A stretch of 63,941 nt of DNA, filler included. It is 15 parts of 15 records of this genome, joined end to end, with 100 filler letters (N's around TTAATTAATTAA, not from the genome) between each part and the next. Parts side by side here need not be neighbours in the genome. Positions count along the whole stretch, not along the records: positions 52,827 to 56,724 come from SRR15195285_6663; positions 56,825 to 60,450 come from SRR15195285_6664; positions 60,551 to 63,941 come from SRR15195285_6702; 12 more parts are not named here. The stretch is one strand, 5' to 3'. Below, piece after piece: positions 52,827-63,941 of this stretch. The notes beneath the pieces are model-generated. The model made no database searches. It was not told where the DNA came from and saw only the letters and a list, made by a program, of their open reading frames with translations. A program made the translations under genes and the position numbers. Positions within the stretch are counted from its first letter, which is position 1. Each line of letters begins with the position of its first letter.

Positions 52827-55800
52827 CACCTGTGTTTCGCAGTGCTCGCCCGCCCAGCCAACCACGCAGGAACACTGATAGGTATACAATAAGGACATCT
52901 GGACATGTTGCACTTCACAGGCGGCACCATTCAAGCATGGACGGGAGCTGCAAACCTCCGTTGAGACATCGCACACGTCACCGTCGTATCCAGTGCGGCA
53001 CGCACATCTGTACTCATCGATTCCATCATAGCACCGTGCGCCATTCAAACACGGTCTAGACAGGCACTCATCGAGATTCATGCCACACCTGACTCCCTCA
53101 AAGCCAGCGGCACAAGTACATCGAAACTCGTCGTGACCGTTGGTGCACGCAGCACCGTTTTGGCATGGTAGGGCTTCCACAGCCGCTCCATCTATGACTC
53201 GCCACGCTACTGCACACTCATCGATGTCAGTGCAGTGACGCCCACCATCTTGCGATTCGAAACCTGCGAGGCAGTCGCACGTGTGCATGCCAGGTCCAAT
53301 ATGGGTGCACAATGAGTTCACCTCGTCACATGCAGCTGCAAGCTCTTCCCCAGAGCACGGGTTGACTGACTGGTCACAGTGCTCGCCACTCCAGCCGTAG
53401 CTGCATACGCAATCGAAAGCAAGCATTAGATCAACGCACTCCCCATTGGGACCGCACGGCGCTGATTGGCACTCGTCAGTTTCGGTTTGACACTGGGGAC
53501 CACCGAATCCTGCCAAGCACGTACAATCATACTTGTTGTCCTGATCTGTACACAGGCCACCGTGCAGACATGGTCTACTGATGCAGTCGTCGATACCGCT
53601 CTCGCAGTTTTGCCCTTCCCAGCCTAGTGAACACGAGCACGTATATGCATCATCACCGTCGGTGCAACGTGAACGGTGACTACAGGGTCTGCTGTCACAC
53701 TCGTTCAAAGGAGTGCATAGAACTCCTTGGTTCGCTGTGGTATAACCACGATCACAGTCACATACGTGCTGACCAGGTCCGATATGCATACACTGGGCAT
53801 GAACTGGGTCACAAGAATCCTCGTTCCGAGCACAGACGTTGATAGGTGTAGCGCAATTGATTCCTTCGTAGAATCCAACTGTGCACTCGCAAGAATATGC
53901 GTCAACAGCATCGACGCAAACACCAGTGTTTAAGCACGGCTGTGAGCTGCACTCGTCGATATTAATATGGCAGCGATCTCCCGCATAGCCAGCGATGCCT
54001 ATCAACACGCATCAAAACGAATGTGTCAACAGATACATCATTTTACCCTCGTCGGAGCTGCAACTGAATTGCGTTCAGTCTACGAATATCCAAGGGAATG
54101 GGTACCCAGGTACGCACAGTGGCAGTGAAATGATCCAATCCTGTCCGTGCATTCGCCTTCGTGCTCACATGGAGCCGATGAACATTCGTCGATGTTGGTG
54201 TCACAATTATCACCGGTAAATCCAGTATAACATCCGCATCGGTAAGCAAGCATGCCGTCCGCACAGCGCCCGTTAACGCACGGAGAACTCGAACACTCGT
54301 CGACTGCAATCGAGGTGATCTGTCAGTACTCGCGAAGCAGAGCAGCCACCATTAGGTAGTGTCTCACCTTGGGTACACGTCACCCCTGCATCAATTGTTT
54401 CGAACCCTGGAGAACATTCGCAGCTGTGAGTTCCTGGACCGGTATGAATGCATGTCGCATACGTCGGATCACAGAGATCTTCTCCTCCGCGACAGTTGTC
54501 GATCTCTGCATCACACCGGCTTCCAGCCCATCCCATAATACATGTGCAGGCATATGCATCAACCAAATCGTCGCAGGCTCCCGTATTTCCACAAGGAGTT
54601 GAAGCACAGTCATCGACATCTGCATCGCAGTTTTGTCCGCTAAACCCTGTCGTGCAAGTGCACGAATACGCATCAATCTCATCTGTACAAGCCGCACCAT
54701 GTCGGCACGGGCTGCTGCCACAATCGTCTCTGTCTGTCTCACAGTTTCCCCCCAGCCAGCCTGCAGTGCAGCGACACTCGTAGCTGTTGAGTCCATCACT
54801 GCATCGTCCCCCGTGTCTGCACGGAGAGGAGCTGCACTCGTCTACATTCGTCGCACAGTTCTGCAGCGCGACTATCGTCAAGTTTACTCAATTCATGCGC
54901 TAGTGCTGGGAGTGGGAGACCAAGTATCGTACCTCCCCGTCGTAGCCCACCCGGCATCTACAAGAGTATTGAGCCTGCCCATCTACGCACACGCCTGAAT
55001 GTAGACACGGGTTCGAGGCACATTCATCGACTGCCACGCCACATGTGGATCCACCGAATCCAGATCGGCAGATGCAAACATACCTAATCATGCAGCATCA
55101 ATGGTCAGCATCGTACTGTGTGGACTAAATAGGCAGCACTTACGCATCTCCTCCTGGCCTGCACTGCCCATCATTTCGACACGGGCTGAGCATCGCGCAT
55201 ATATCTATCGGAGGCGGCGCAGGAGGCAGTCGCACTGGAGGCGGCGGCGGCGGAGGAGGAGCAGGAGGAGGAGGAGGAGGTCGGCTAGAGACCGGTGCCC
55301 CATCTCCTCTGGACGGTGGCGCCGGTGGCGGTGGCGGCCGCGACGGCAGTGGTGGTGGCGAGGCAGTAGGGGGGGCGTTATCCCCGCTTGGTGGCGGCGG
55401 TGGACCCCGCGCAGGCAGGGGCGCTGGCGGTGGTGGTGGGCGACCTGCTGGCTCGTTGGGAGCAGGAGTGGGTGTCCGTGTGAGGTTTGAGTACCCCTGG
55501 CACAGCGCGAGGAACTGATCGTAGTCTGCCACCCTAGAGGTCTGCACATCGGCAATATACTCGTGGCACTGAGCGTAGAACAGAGAAAAGCTAGAGGCAC
55601 ACTGAGAGCTGCAGCGCGATGGCATGTCGGTGCGCTGACAGTCCTCGCCCGAAAATCCACAGCATGACATGCCGACCATCTGCAGCCCAACCTCGAACCT
55701 GTCCTGCAAACATCTCCTACTTGCATGGCCGTAGGAAGTTGTGGCACACCAGGAATTGAACACGTCGAGCTGCGGCATAGTGCTCTCTACCCATGTGCTG

Positions 55801-56063
55801 CACTCGAGCATGAACGGCGACCAGATGCGTGCACAGCCCGAGCCGCATCCTCCTGGCACACCACCGGTTGCACACCCTTTGCTTCCACAGCATTTCTCGT
55901 CAAACTCTTCCTGCAGGCTCACCCAACGCTGGTCGCATATAGCGCTGGGCGGCGGCGCAGGGGTTCGAGGGCGAACTGGGCGTCGCTGAGCCAGGGCGAG
56001 GCTGGGCGCCAGCAGCAGCAGTGCCAGCACGCGGGCGGCGGCGGCCGGCGCCGGACCGGGCAT
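52827..56063 (-). CDS. Notch/fibropellin-like secreted or surface protein with many Ca-binding EGF repeats; multi-exon, 3' truncated
   Basis: Signal peptide VLALLLLAPSLALA; two Cys-rich N-terminal units; poly-Pro linker; roughly 20 EGF units of the type DECSSxPCxNGxxCxDxxxxYxCxCxxGxxGxxC, interrupted by GT-AG introns (donors near 55143, 54932, 54368). Confidence 0.88.
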
Positions 56064-56824
56064 GGCAGCCCGACACCGTCGGCGCGACGACCAGGGCACC
56101 CAGAGAGCAGGTACTCTCCGGATGCACGGTGGCCGCTGCGTCACGTAGCGTGGGAGTCCTGCATCAATCACGTGGTCGCGTCGGCTTGGGCTGCACGAGG
56201 ATGAATACGATGTCTGACAATAAAGCCCCGAATACGCTCGATCGACGTCTCGGACCGCGGCGTGCCGGCGCGTCGTCGACGTCGCGTCGGAGCGCGCATG
56301 CATACTGTACCAGTACTATGTAATAGTACGCATGCGCTGCGCTGCGCAGGATTTACGAACGTACAGTACCGACAAATGTATATCCCATGATAATGCTTAA
56401 TGGATACCGGTGTCAAAGTGGAGCTCTGGTTCACACCTACTAGTACTATAATTGTAGGCAGCGTACTACTAGCTAGTATATATGACAGTACTCTCTCTAG
56501 CTAGTACCAGTAGTCGTGTGGGATTCCTACTACTCTAGAGTACGTGTACGCTAGCTATTCATGGTAGTAGTACACGTACAGTACTATGATAGTACCAGGT
56601 ACTCTCTCCTTTTGGCCGCGATTCCTAAATGGGATGCTGTACACGGTAAATGTAGTATATACTCTCAGTATTCGAATAGTAGACCGTACTAGCATACTAG
56701 TACTAGAGTCATTGTCTTATGGTANNNNNNNNNNNNNNNNNNNNNNNNNNNNNNNNNNNNNNNNNNNNTTAATTAATTAANNNNNNNNNNNNNNNNNNNN
56801 NNNNNNNNNNNNNNNNNNNNNNNN

Positions 56825-59800
56825 TATGGTGAGCCGATTCTACATCTAGGAGATCTGCCACCAATCCAAGGCCAATGCGCTGATTTCTCGCCATATCTGG
56901 GATCGCCACGGTGTACAAATCCAGGCACACCAGTTGTGTCAGAACGTGATCGAACCGTGTTTACAGCATCGGGAATGGACTTCTTGACGAAAGAGCAACA
57001 CCGCAGAGCGATCACTTCATTCAAAGAACGGGTTTTCAGCGCTGGAGCTGTAATCCATGTCGAAGGCAAAGCTCCAGACCCTGCCACTGAGTTCTGCATT
57101 GTGCAGGATGGGTCAGTAATCTGCTCGATAGAAGACACAGGCAAGAACACGTTGAAGCATGGTGCCACGTTCGGAAGGCTTGACCCATTTGGGGAAGCCC
57201 TCTGCATCACTACAGTTGCTGCTGGCGTAGAAGGAGCACGGCTACTCTGTGCCAGCCGCCAGGACTTTTGGACGATGTTGCAACCTTCTGTTGTGGATAC
57301 GAACGTATCGCAGTCCCGGATGGGCGCGAAGCTGAACGATGACTCGGCGGCGGACATCAGGTTGGATGCTAAGCTTGACCAGCTGCTTGACAAGGTCGAC
57401 CGGGCTGCAAAGAACGGCGCTGCCACCCGCGCTTTGGATGCCTTCGAAATCGATGCAATTGCTTTCGAAGACGCATGCAAAGATCTCAACGACCTCGCTG
57501 CGGCATCCTGGCGGGCCATTATGGTCTGCAAGCAGCTGGCTGCTGCAAGACAGAAAACTTTGCACAGCGACTCTGATCGGACGTCATGGAAGCTGTATTT
57601 TCTGTTGAGGAGGGTTGTCCGCTCTTTCCGTGCACGACGTGTTGCAGAAGTGAAGGCCGAGTTTGGCCCACACGAAAATGTTGTAACGCGTGTGCAGGCC
57701 CGCATTCGTGGATTCCTAGAACGCCGCCGGCTCCGACAAGACTCGGTGGATGCTGCTAAAGCCGGTGCTGATGCTGCGCTACGGGACCTTGCGGACCTGA
57801 GCAATGCGGAGTTGGACTTCTGGGATTGGCCTAGGGTGAGTGGTTAGGTTCTCTTTCCATCTGTGAATGGCGCTTGCGTATCACTGGGTTACAACGTGTG
57901 CTCTTTCGGGCAGGTACTGGAGCATTGCTACATGTGGCATGTCATACCTGGAGGCGAGACACAGTCCTCCAACTGCTTGCCAGAGATCCTCCTTCAGAAA
58001 GAGACTTTCCAGATCAAGATGGGCAGATTCAAGCAGGCCCTTGTAAGAATGATGTGCGGCCTTTCTTCAGTTGTGGTGGTGCCTCACAACTATCTTGTCA
58101 TTTTGTGTTGCGCAGCAAGCATGGAATGAACTATTTACGCTGATGGACACAAACAGCAACGGTTCGGTGAGTCGGGAGGAGCTACAATCAGCGCTATTTG
58201 CGTTTTCGCATATGGGCTTGATTGCAGAACCGCCGAAGATGCAACCACTGGACGAACTCTGCTCGTCGTTCTTGAAACGTGCGTCAGTCGACAGCGGCAC
58301 TCAATCAGGCGGATGCTTCAGATGTCGTCGAATAAGGGCTGCTCCAACAGACGATGAATCTGGTATCATCGAAGCTTTTGATCCCGGAGGAGTGATGCTA
58401 CTTGGTGACGAAGGTGTGCCGATGACAGGCTGTTGGGGCCTCAACCTGGAGTTCCAGGCTTGTGTAGACACTGACAGCAGTAACGGCCCCTCTTTTCATT
58501 GCGTAGTAAAGTCGTACGCAGGAGATGCAATCATCGCTCGGACGCATACAGCAGATTCCAAGATGATTTTCTTCGTTGCTCCCAAGTCTGTGTTTGCAGA
58601 GCAAGCTGAGGCACATGACCGGTTGCAGCAAGTGTTTGATCAGATGGACCCGTCTCGGTATTTGTGCGAACTAGACGTGCACACTGACTCGGAATCGAGG
58701 TGGTATCGTCTGCTGATTGTCGGAGAACCAACAGAAACTTTATCTGACGACTTGGGTGCAGACCCTGATTGGGATAATATCGATCAAACTGCGATGGACG
58801 CTCCAAGTCTTTTCAACACAGCACCCGCTGAAGACACAGAACTTGGACCACTTATTGGCACAAGCATGGCACGAATAACACTGGGATCACCGGCATCGTC
58901 CGTGGCGTCCCTTCGCACGCCCATGGTATCACCCTCAGTGACTCCTGGCGGCGGAGCAATGAAACAAATGGCAGCGCTCAGCGAACGTCTTGGTGGAGGA
59001 TCGTTCACGTTAACAACCTCAGGACTGCCATCGGCGAGACAGCGACCCAATCTGATGGCGCAAGGCACTACTCCTGTCACTCCTAGTCAATCCCGCGGCC
59101 GGAACCGGACACGTTCTCGTCGCCTTTCAATATGCAATCCAGAACTGACCCCGTTAACGGCAACATCAGGACAGCCTCGACCCAAGACTCGGGCGAGATC
59201 GCGGCGCCTTTCAGTTTGCAACCCAGCAAGTCCTGCTGAGTCTGAAGACTGGAGTGATGAGGAGGACTCTGACCACTTGTTTTCAAAGTCTTCAGCACAG
59301 AAGTTGCATGTGTATCTGCTTAGGACTGATCATGAGGGTACAATTGAACAGATGACGGACGATTCTGTACTGTCGCAGAATGTGTGGACCGGACTTTTCA
59401 ACTTCGCGGATTGCTACGCTTTGGGCAATCACTATGACGCGGTATGCTGCCGGGCGGACAGCAACATCAACTGGTCTGCGGGTGGATTGCGAAACTTCAA
59501 GCTCTTTGGGCTAGCACAGCAGTTTATGACTGAACTAGACGCCAGCTCGCATCCACATCAACTTCATTATCTGATGAAAGCAATTGGTCTGGCTGAATCG
59601 CACCGTGAAGGAAGATGTATGCATGATGATGCGCGGGCTGCAGGTATCGAAGTACAGCTGGTCCAAGAAGAAGAGCCCTCGCCGATGGGGCGATCACGTA
59701 GTCGATCAAGCCTTCGACTGACCCCGCGAGGCAGACCGATGCGAACTTCGTCCCGTTTCGTACTATCTCCTCGATCTCCACTGAGCCCGTTTCCGAAAGT

Positions 59801-60450
59801 TACGACTCCGTCCGCTGTATCTCCTGCGGAGACATCTTTGTCAAGTTTGCCTCGGGGCGTAACTGCCCAGCAGACCAAATCGTCGTACCAGACGTTGGCT
59901 GACAAGCTGAAGAATGCGCACTGGGATAGCAAAGAGGAGAAACAAGCTGATGTTACGAACGAGTCTAATAAACAACCACCAGGTAGCTTGCTGTGGATGA
60001 AGTACGCACTCGTGAAGACGGGCATCTCAGTGTCCTTTGTTGAATCCGGGGATGACACTGCTCGAGTGCAAAAATGTCCCGGTTTCAAATGGAAAAACAC
60101 GTGGGAGCGAGATCTGTCTCCTGACTTCCCACTTTCCAACGGTCTTGTGTACCGAGACGACTTTGACTTCCTGCAAGACAAGTCACGACGAACTCAGAGG
60201 CTAGCCCGGGCTGCTAACGAAGCGCTCGATGAAGATTACCTACAAAATAAAAGACGTTCCCGTCACTTTGCCGCGACTGCAGATGAAGACGTACTGATAG
60301 ACGGGGCCAAATTTTTCCTGCTTCGTGGAGAGATCGCCAAACGAGATCCTGGGCTAAATTCAATGTTCACTGGAAAGCAGGTCAAGCATGCTACTAAGGC
60401 AGTGCAACGCCAGCTTCGGGTCGATACCGGTGTGCTGCAGTCTATCATGG
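56825..60450 (+). CDS. Large signalling-type protein fragment with degenerate cNMP-binding domain, IQ motif and EF-hand; both ends truncated
   Basis: FSAGAVIHVEG...FCIVQDGSV...FGE...LLCASRQDF; IQ RVQARIRGFLERRR; EF-hand DTNSNGSVSREE. Probable introns about 57836-57913 and 58043-58116 link the two ORFs. Confidence 0.62.
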
Positions 60451-60735
60451 NNNNNNNNNNNNNNNNNNNNNNNNNNNNNNNNNNNNNNNNNNNNTTAATT
60501 AATTAANNNNNNNNNNNNNNNNNNNNNNNNNNNNNNNNNNNNNNNNNNNNCACGAGTGGAAATTACGCCCGAAATTAGTACCGGTATATATGAACGATTC
60601 GAATAGTTGAGTGCTCGGGCGGAGTGCCGGACCAACGACGGCTCCGTCGTCGCAGGCGCCGCGCGCGTGCAGTGCAGTGATTTGCGCGGCGCAGTCGATA
60701 CGATACCCCTGCCCCCCCGCCGTGAGCCGTGGACG

Positions 60736-62478
60736 ATGGCGGGGCTGACGGTCGCGGCGGCCGTGGAGCGCGTCGCGGAGGAGCTCGGGCTGGGCGAGAG
60801 CGGCGCAGGCGGCCGGCGGCTGAGCCCGAAGGCCGTAGCCAGCGCTGCGCTGGAGCAGCTGGCGCTGCCGCGTGTCGAGGGCGAGGGCCTGAAGGCACAG
60901 CTCGGTAGGATCCTCCAGGAGCTCGAGATCGCGTCAGGCTGGGAACTGACCGACACGCGCGACGCCGTCAGCTCTGATGCGCGGCTATGCCTGCTGGCCA
61001 TTGGTGGTTGGGACAGCCAGTTCCAGCGGCTGCGGCGCGTGGATGCGCTAGAGTGGAGTGCGACAGGTTGCCCCGCTCCCGCGTGGCATTCTCTGCCCGA
61101 ACTCCTCGCGGCACGCTGTGGCAGCGCGGCTTGCGTTGCAGCTGACGGCGCAGTGATAGTCGTAGGCGGCATGGGGGAGAAGAGCGCCGAGGTGAGCCAT
61201 ATGCCTCATCAACACTTGCTGCTCCATTCTCCAGCGCTGCCTGCTTGCTGACATTCATGCCTGCTGCAGCTGCTGCCGCAGACGGCAGCGGAGGGATGGC
61301 GTATGCTGCCGCCTATGAGTGCAGAGCGTTGTGGTGCCCGGGCCATTCTTCTGTGCGACGGCCGCGTCGCGGTAATCGGGGGTAGCCGCCTTAGTGGCCG
61401 GCTGCTCCACAGCAGTGCGGAGGCATACGACCCGAGCTCAGACAGCTGGTCTGCGCTCGCGTCGATGAGCGCGGCCCGCGTGAACTTCGCGTGCAGCGGC
61501 GTCAGTACGGATGGCAGTGGCGCTGCGAGGGTGCTCGTTGCTGGTGGAGAGCTGAGTCCACCTGCACCAGGAGCGTCGTCGTTGGCGCAGACCGGAGTCA
61601 CCGACGCTGTCGAGGTCTACGAGGTTTGCACCAACTGCTGGTCGCCCTTGCCAAAACTCTCGGTGCAGCGGTACGGGGGTGGGGCCGCTTCTCTTGGGGA
61701 AAGCGGCGGGCTCGTGCTCGTATTCGGTGGGTTCGGCGGACGGAGCGCAGAGGGTGAAGCGCAGAAGCAGAAGCAGCAGGCCGGCGGTTTCACTGGAATC
61801 CCAATGCCTGCAGCGCTGCAGGCGCAAGGCGGAGCAGGTAACGCAGCACAATCTCCCCCGCCGCCACCAGCGCCAGGGATGGATGCCACGGCTGACTGGG
61901 GCGGTGGGTTCGCTGACGCTCCGACGAAGACCCTCTCCAAAGCGACGTCTGAACTGGCGCAGTTCGTGTCCGCCGACGTCACGAGCTTAATTCAGCCGCA
62001 GGTCGCTGGGCTCCCCCAAATGTTTGACGACGGGGGCTGCATGTGTTGCAGCGACACACCTACCGCAGATTCGGTCCGTGGCCAGCCACTGCACTCGACA
62101 GAGCTTTACGACGAGCGGCTTGGCGTGTGGACACCTTGCCAGCCGATGTTGTTGGCCCGGCAAAACATCGGGACCTGTACTGTGGGCATGGAGATGCACG
62201 GCACACCTAAAGTTGTGGCCTTAGGAGGAATGGTTGGTGGGCGCGCTGTAGCATCCTGCGAGCAACTGCAGTTCCCTGGTGATGCAGGGGGCGATGAATC
62301 ACTGGCGATGCTGGTCGGACAGGCTGAGTGGTCGACGCTTGAGCCCGCGCTACCCGAGCCGCGGTCTCATTGCGCGGCACTCACTGCTCGGCTCGTCTTG
62401 CCGTTCACGTCGGAGACAGCCGCCTCTCTGAGGCCTGAATCTGGGCCTGAGCCTGAGCCTGAGCAGGCGCCAAGCTAG
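60736..62478 (+). CDS. Kelch-repeat protein; exons 60736-61191, 61270-62478
   Basis: GG-containing blades (LLAIGG, VIVVGG, VAVIGG...AEAYDPSSDSWSALASMSAAR, VLVAGG...VEVYE, LVFGG...TELYD, VVALGG). Phase-0 intron 61192-61269. Ends in GPEPEPE. Confidence 0.88.
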
Positions 62479-62773
62479 CGGGACACCATTGTTGCACTGT
62501 TCTGAGTAATCAGGTGACAACCGAGCGCTGACTGTGCAAGCCAGGCTTCGAGTATGTGTCGTGGCAGCAGCGTTGTCGACTTTTTACGAATAAGATGGTT
62601 CTGTTGTATTGATACGGCCAGACAAGATATTGTTGTCATCCCGTGGACATTCGTGATTTAAAACACAGGCAGTTGGTTTGTAGCTCTTCTCGCGTGCTGC
62701 CGAGGTTTGCCGCCACTGGCAGCTCACCGAATTAGCACATCAAGAGGAGCAAGCACTGTCACGATTCTCTGTG

Positions 62774-63856
62774 CTACTGCATGCCCATATTCCGTGGAGA
62801 GAGCATATCTGCATACATCGGCTGCCCCCCTGCTGTCACCTGTGGACCGCCAAAGCCACCTGGCTGCACACCATTGGGTCGCGGAAGACCTGCACCGAGG
62901 TTTCCCACGTTCACCTCCCGGGCCGAGCCACTCGTCGACGGCCGACCTCCACTACCTGCATAGCTCATACCTGCTCCGCCGAGCGAGCCGGCCGGACTCG
63001 TTGAAGGCCGGCTACCTGCTCCTCCGAGAGCACTCATGCTCTGGCTCATGCTCATGCTCATACTCGAGTCACCTCTCTTCGGCTTGCGCTCGATCTGCCG
63101 CAGCGCAGCTGCGCGCGAGGTGTTGAGAGTGCGCGCGATCTCGTGGTCCGGGCCGAGGTGTGCCTCTGCCAACTCCGTTGCTTTGGTGTAGCTCTCCAAC
63201 GCACCGTCGAACCGCCGCAGGTACTCCTGCTCAACTCCCGCGTTGTGGTACGCGATCGCCAGAACAGCGATCTTGTCCGCAAGCTCCGGGATACCGGGGC
63301 TCGGTCCACCCGCGCGCACCGGGCCGACCATTTGGCTGAACAGCTGCTCCTGGAGTAGGATCAAGGCAGACTGCGCCTGCTCGAGCGCGACGGCGTGGCG
63401 ACCAAGCTGCGAAAGCACGGCGCACAGGTTGAGGTGCGTCGAGGCACGGTTGACGGCGTCCGAATGGGCCGTGTTGAGCTGCAGCGCCCTTTCCAGGTAC
63501 TTCAGCGCCGTGCGCAGCTTGTTCTGCCGGCGGTAGTAGCACGCCAGGTTGTTGTACGTGACGGCGCGCAAGAACTCGTAGGGCTCCGAGAGCGCCTCGG
63601 CTTTCTTGATCAGCTCCATCGCCATCTGGAAGTTGTCCTGGGTTAGGTACGCCGTCGCCAGACCGTTGCACGTGTCGACTACCAGCTTGCAGGCCTGGAT
63701 CGCCTCCTCGCTCTCGTTGCCGTACAAGCAACGGCGCAGCACCAGGGACCGCTCCATATAGTCGAGCGCCTCCAGGTAGTGCCCCTCCGCCTGCAGGTTC
63801 GCGCACTCCTCATCCACGCGCAGCAGCACCAGGTCCTCCACTTGCGTCGACGCCAT
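62774..63856 (-). CDS. TPR protein (kinesin-light-chain-like TPR array)
   Basis: AVTYNNLACYYRR, ASTHLNLCAVLSQLGRH, AIAYHNAGVEQEYL, HLGPDH; low-complexity tail. Confidence 0.85.
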   Translation of the reverse strand: MASTQVEDLVLLRVDEECANLQAEGHYLEALDYMERSLVLRRCLYGNESEEAIQACKLVVDTCNGLATAYLTQDNFQMAMELIKKAEALSEPYEFLRAVTYNNLACYYRRQNKLRTALKYLERALQLNTAHSDAVNRASTHLNLCAVLSQLGRHAVALEQAQSALILLQEQLFSQMVGPVRAGGPSPGIPELADKIAVLAIAYHNAGVEQEYLRRFDGALESYTKATELAEAHLGPDHEIARTLNTSRAAALRQIERKPKRGDSSMSMSMSQSMSALGGAGSRPSTSPAGSLGGAGMSYAGSGGRPSTSGSAREVNVGNLGAGLPRPNGVQPGGFGGPQVTAGGQPMYADMLSPRNMGMQ

Positions 63857-63941
63857 CGCAGCGGCTCCCTCCGCTCGCCGTTGCCTCTCCAGCCCACTCC
63901 AGGAGCAGCCTCCTGCCCACCTCTACACCACCACCCCCCCC

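Noticed and set aside
56773-57804. 343-aa minus-strand ORF
   Set aside because: Antisense to the cNMP/IQ-coding frame and has no recognisable motifs.
59300-59450. NHYDAV as the His motif of an OTU deubiquitinase
   Set aside because: No matching upstream DGxC catalytic-Cys motif could be found; a single short motif is insufficient.
4942-60550. Regularly recurring TTAATTAATTAA flanked by Ns, as a biological repeat or CRISPR-like array
   Set aside because: Identical 100-nt synthetic spacers with stops in all six frames; an assembly-concatenation device.
1-63941. rRNA, tRNA, CRISPR arrays, transposase or viral hallmark genes, alternative genetic code
   Set aside because: None recognised by eye. 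Conserved genes translate cleanly with the standard code and use TAA, TAG and TGA as stops.

Overview
This is not a continuous locus. It is 15 short eukaryotic contigs (about 3-9.5 kb) joined by 14 artificial 100-nt spacers (N44-TTAATTAATTAA-N44), so nothing can be inferred from gene neighbourhood across spacers. The DNA is GC-rich and gene-dense, with short GT-AG introns (about 70-175 nt). DRC1 and gamma-tubulin complex GCP2 point to a flagellated protist. The (EP)n-coding hexamer runs and one introner-like intron recall Picozoa single-cell assemblies, but that is inference from memory and untested. Recognisable genes: TUBGCP2, a double-GNAT acetyltransferase, a GH27 alpha-galactosidase with ricin-B modules, DRC1, a CLC transporter, an enolase-superfamily enzyme, ankyrin, MFS, Notch-like EGF, Kelch and TPR proteins. 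The most unusual items are: (1) a >2950-aa multi-pass receptor with WSC/PA14/C-type-lectin/beta-helix ectodomain and a cytosolic TIR + pseudo-TIR + EF-hand tail; (2) a >1490-aa protein with ARM, EGF, coiled coils, a pseudo-PLA2 insert and a TcA/PtIP-83-like C-terminus, a candidate pore-forming toxin; (3) a CLC with a cyclic-nucleotide-binding domain nested between its CBS domains; (4) a PBZ-finger/RING/Rcat-like E3 ligase; (5) an intron that looks like a transposon-derived introner. All domain calls come from motif recognition by eye; no searches were run.
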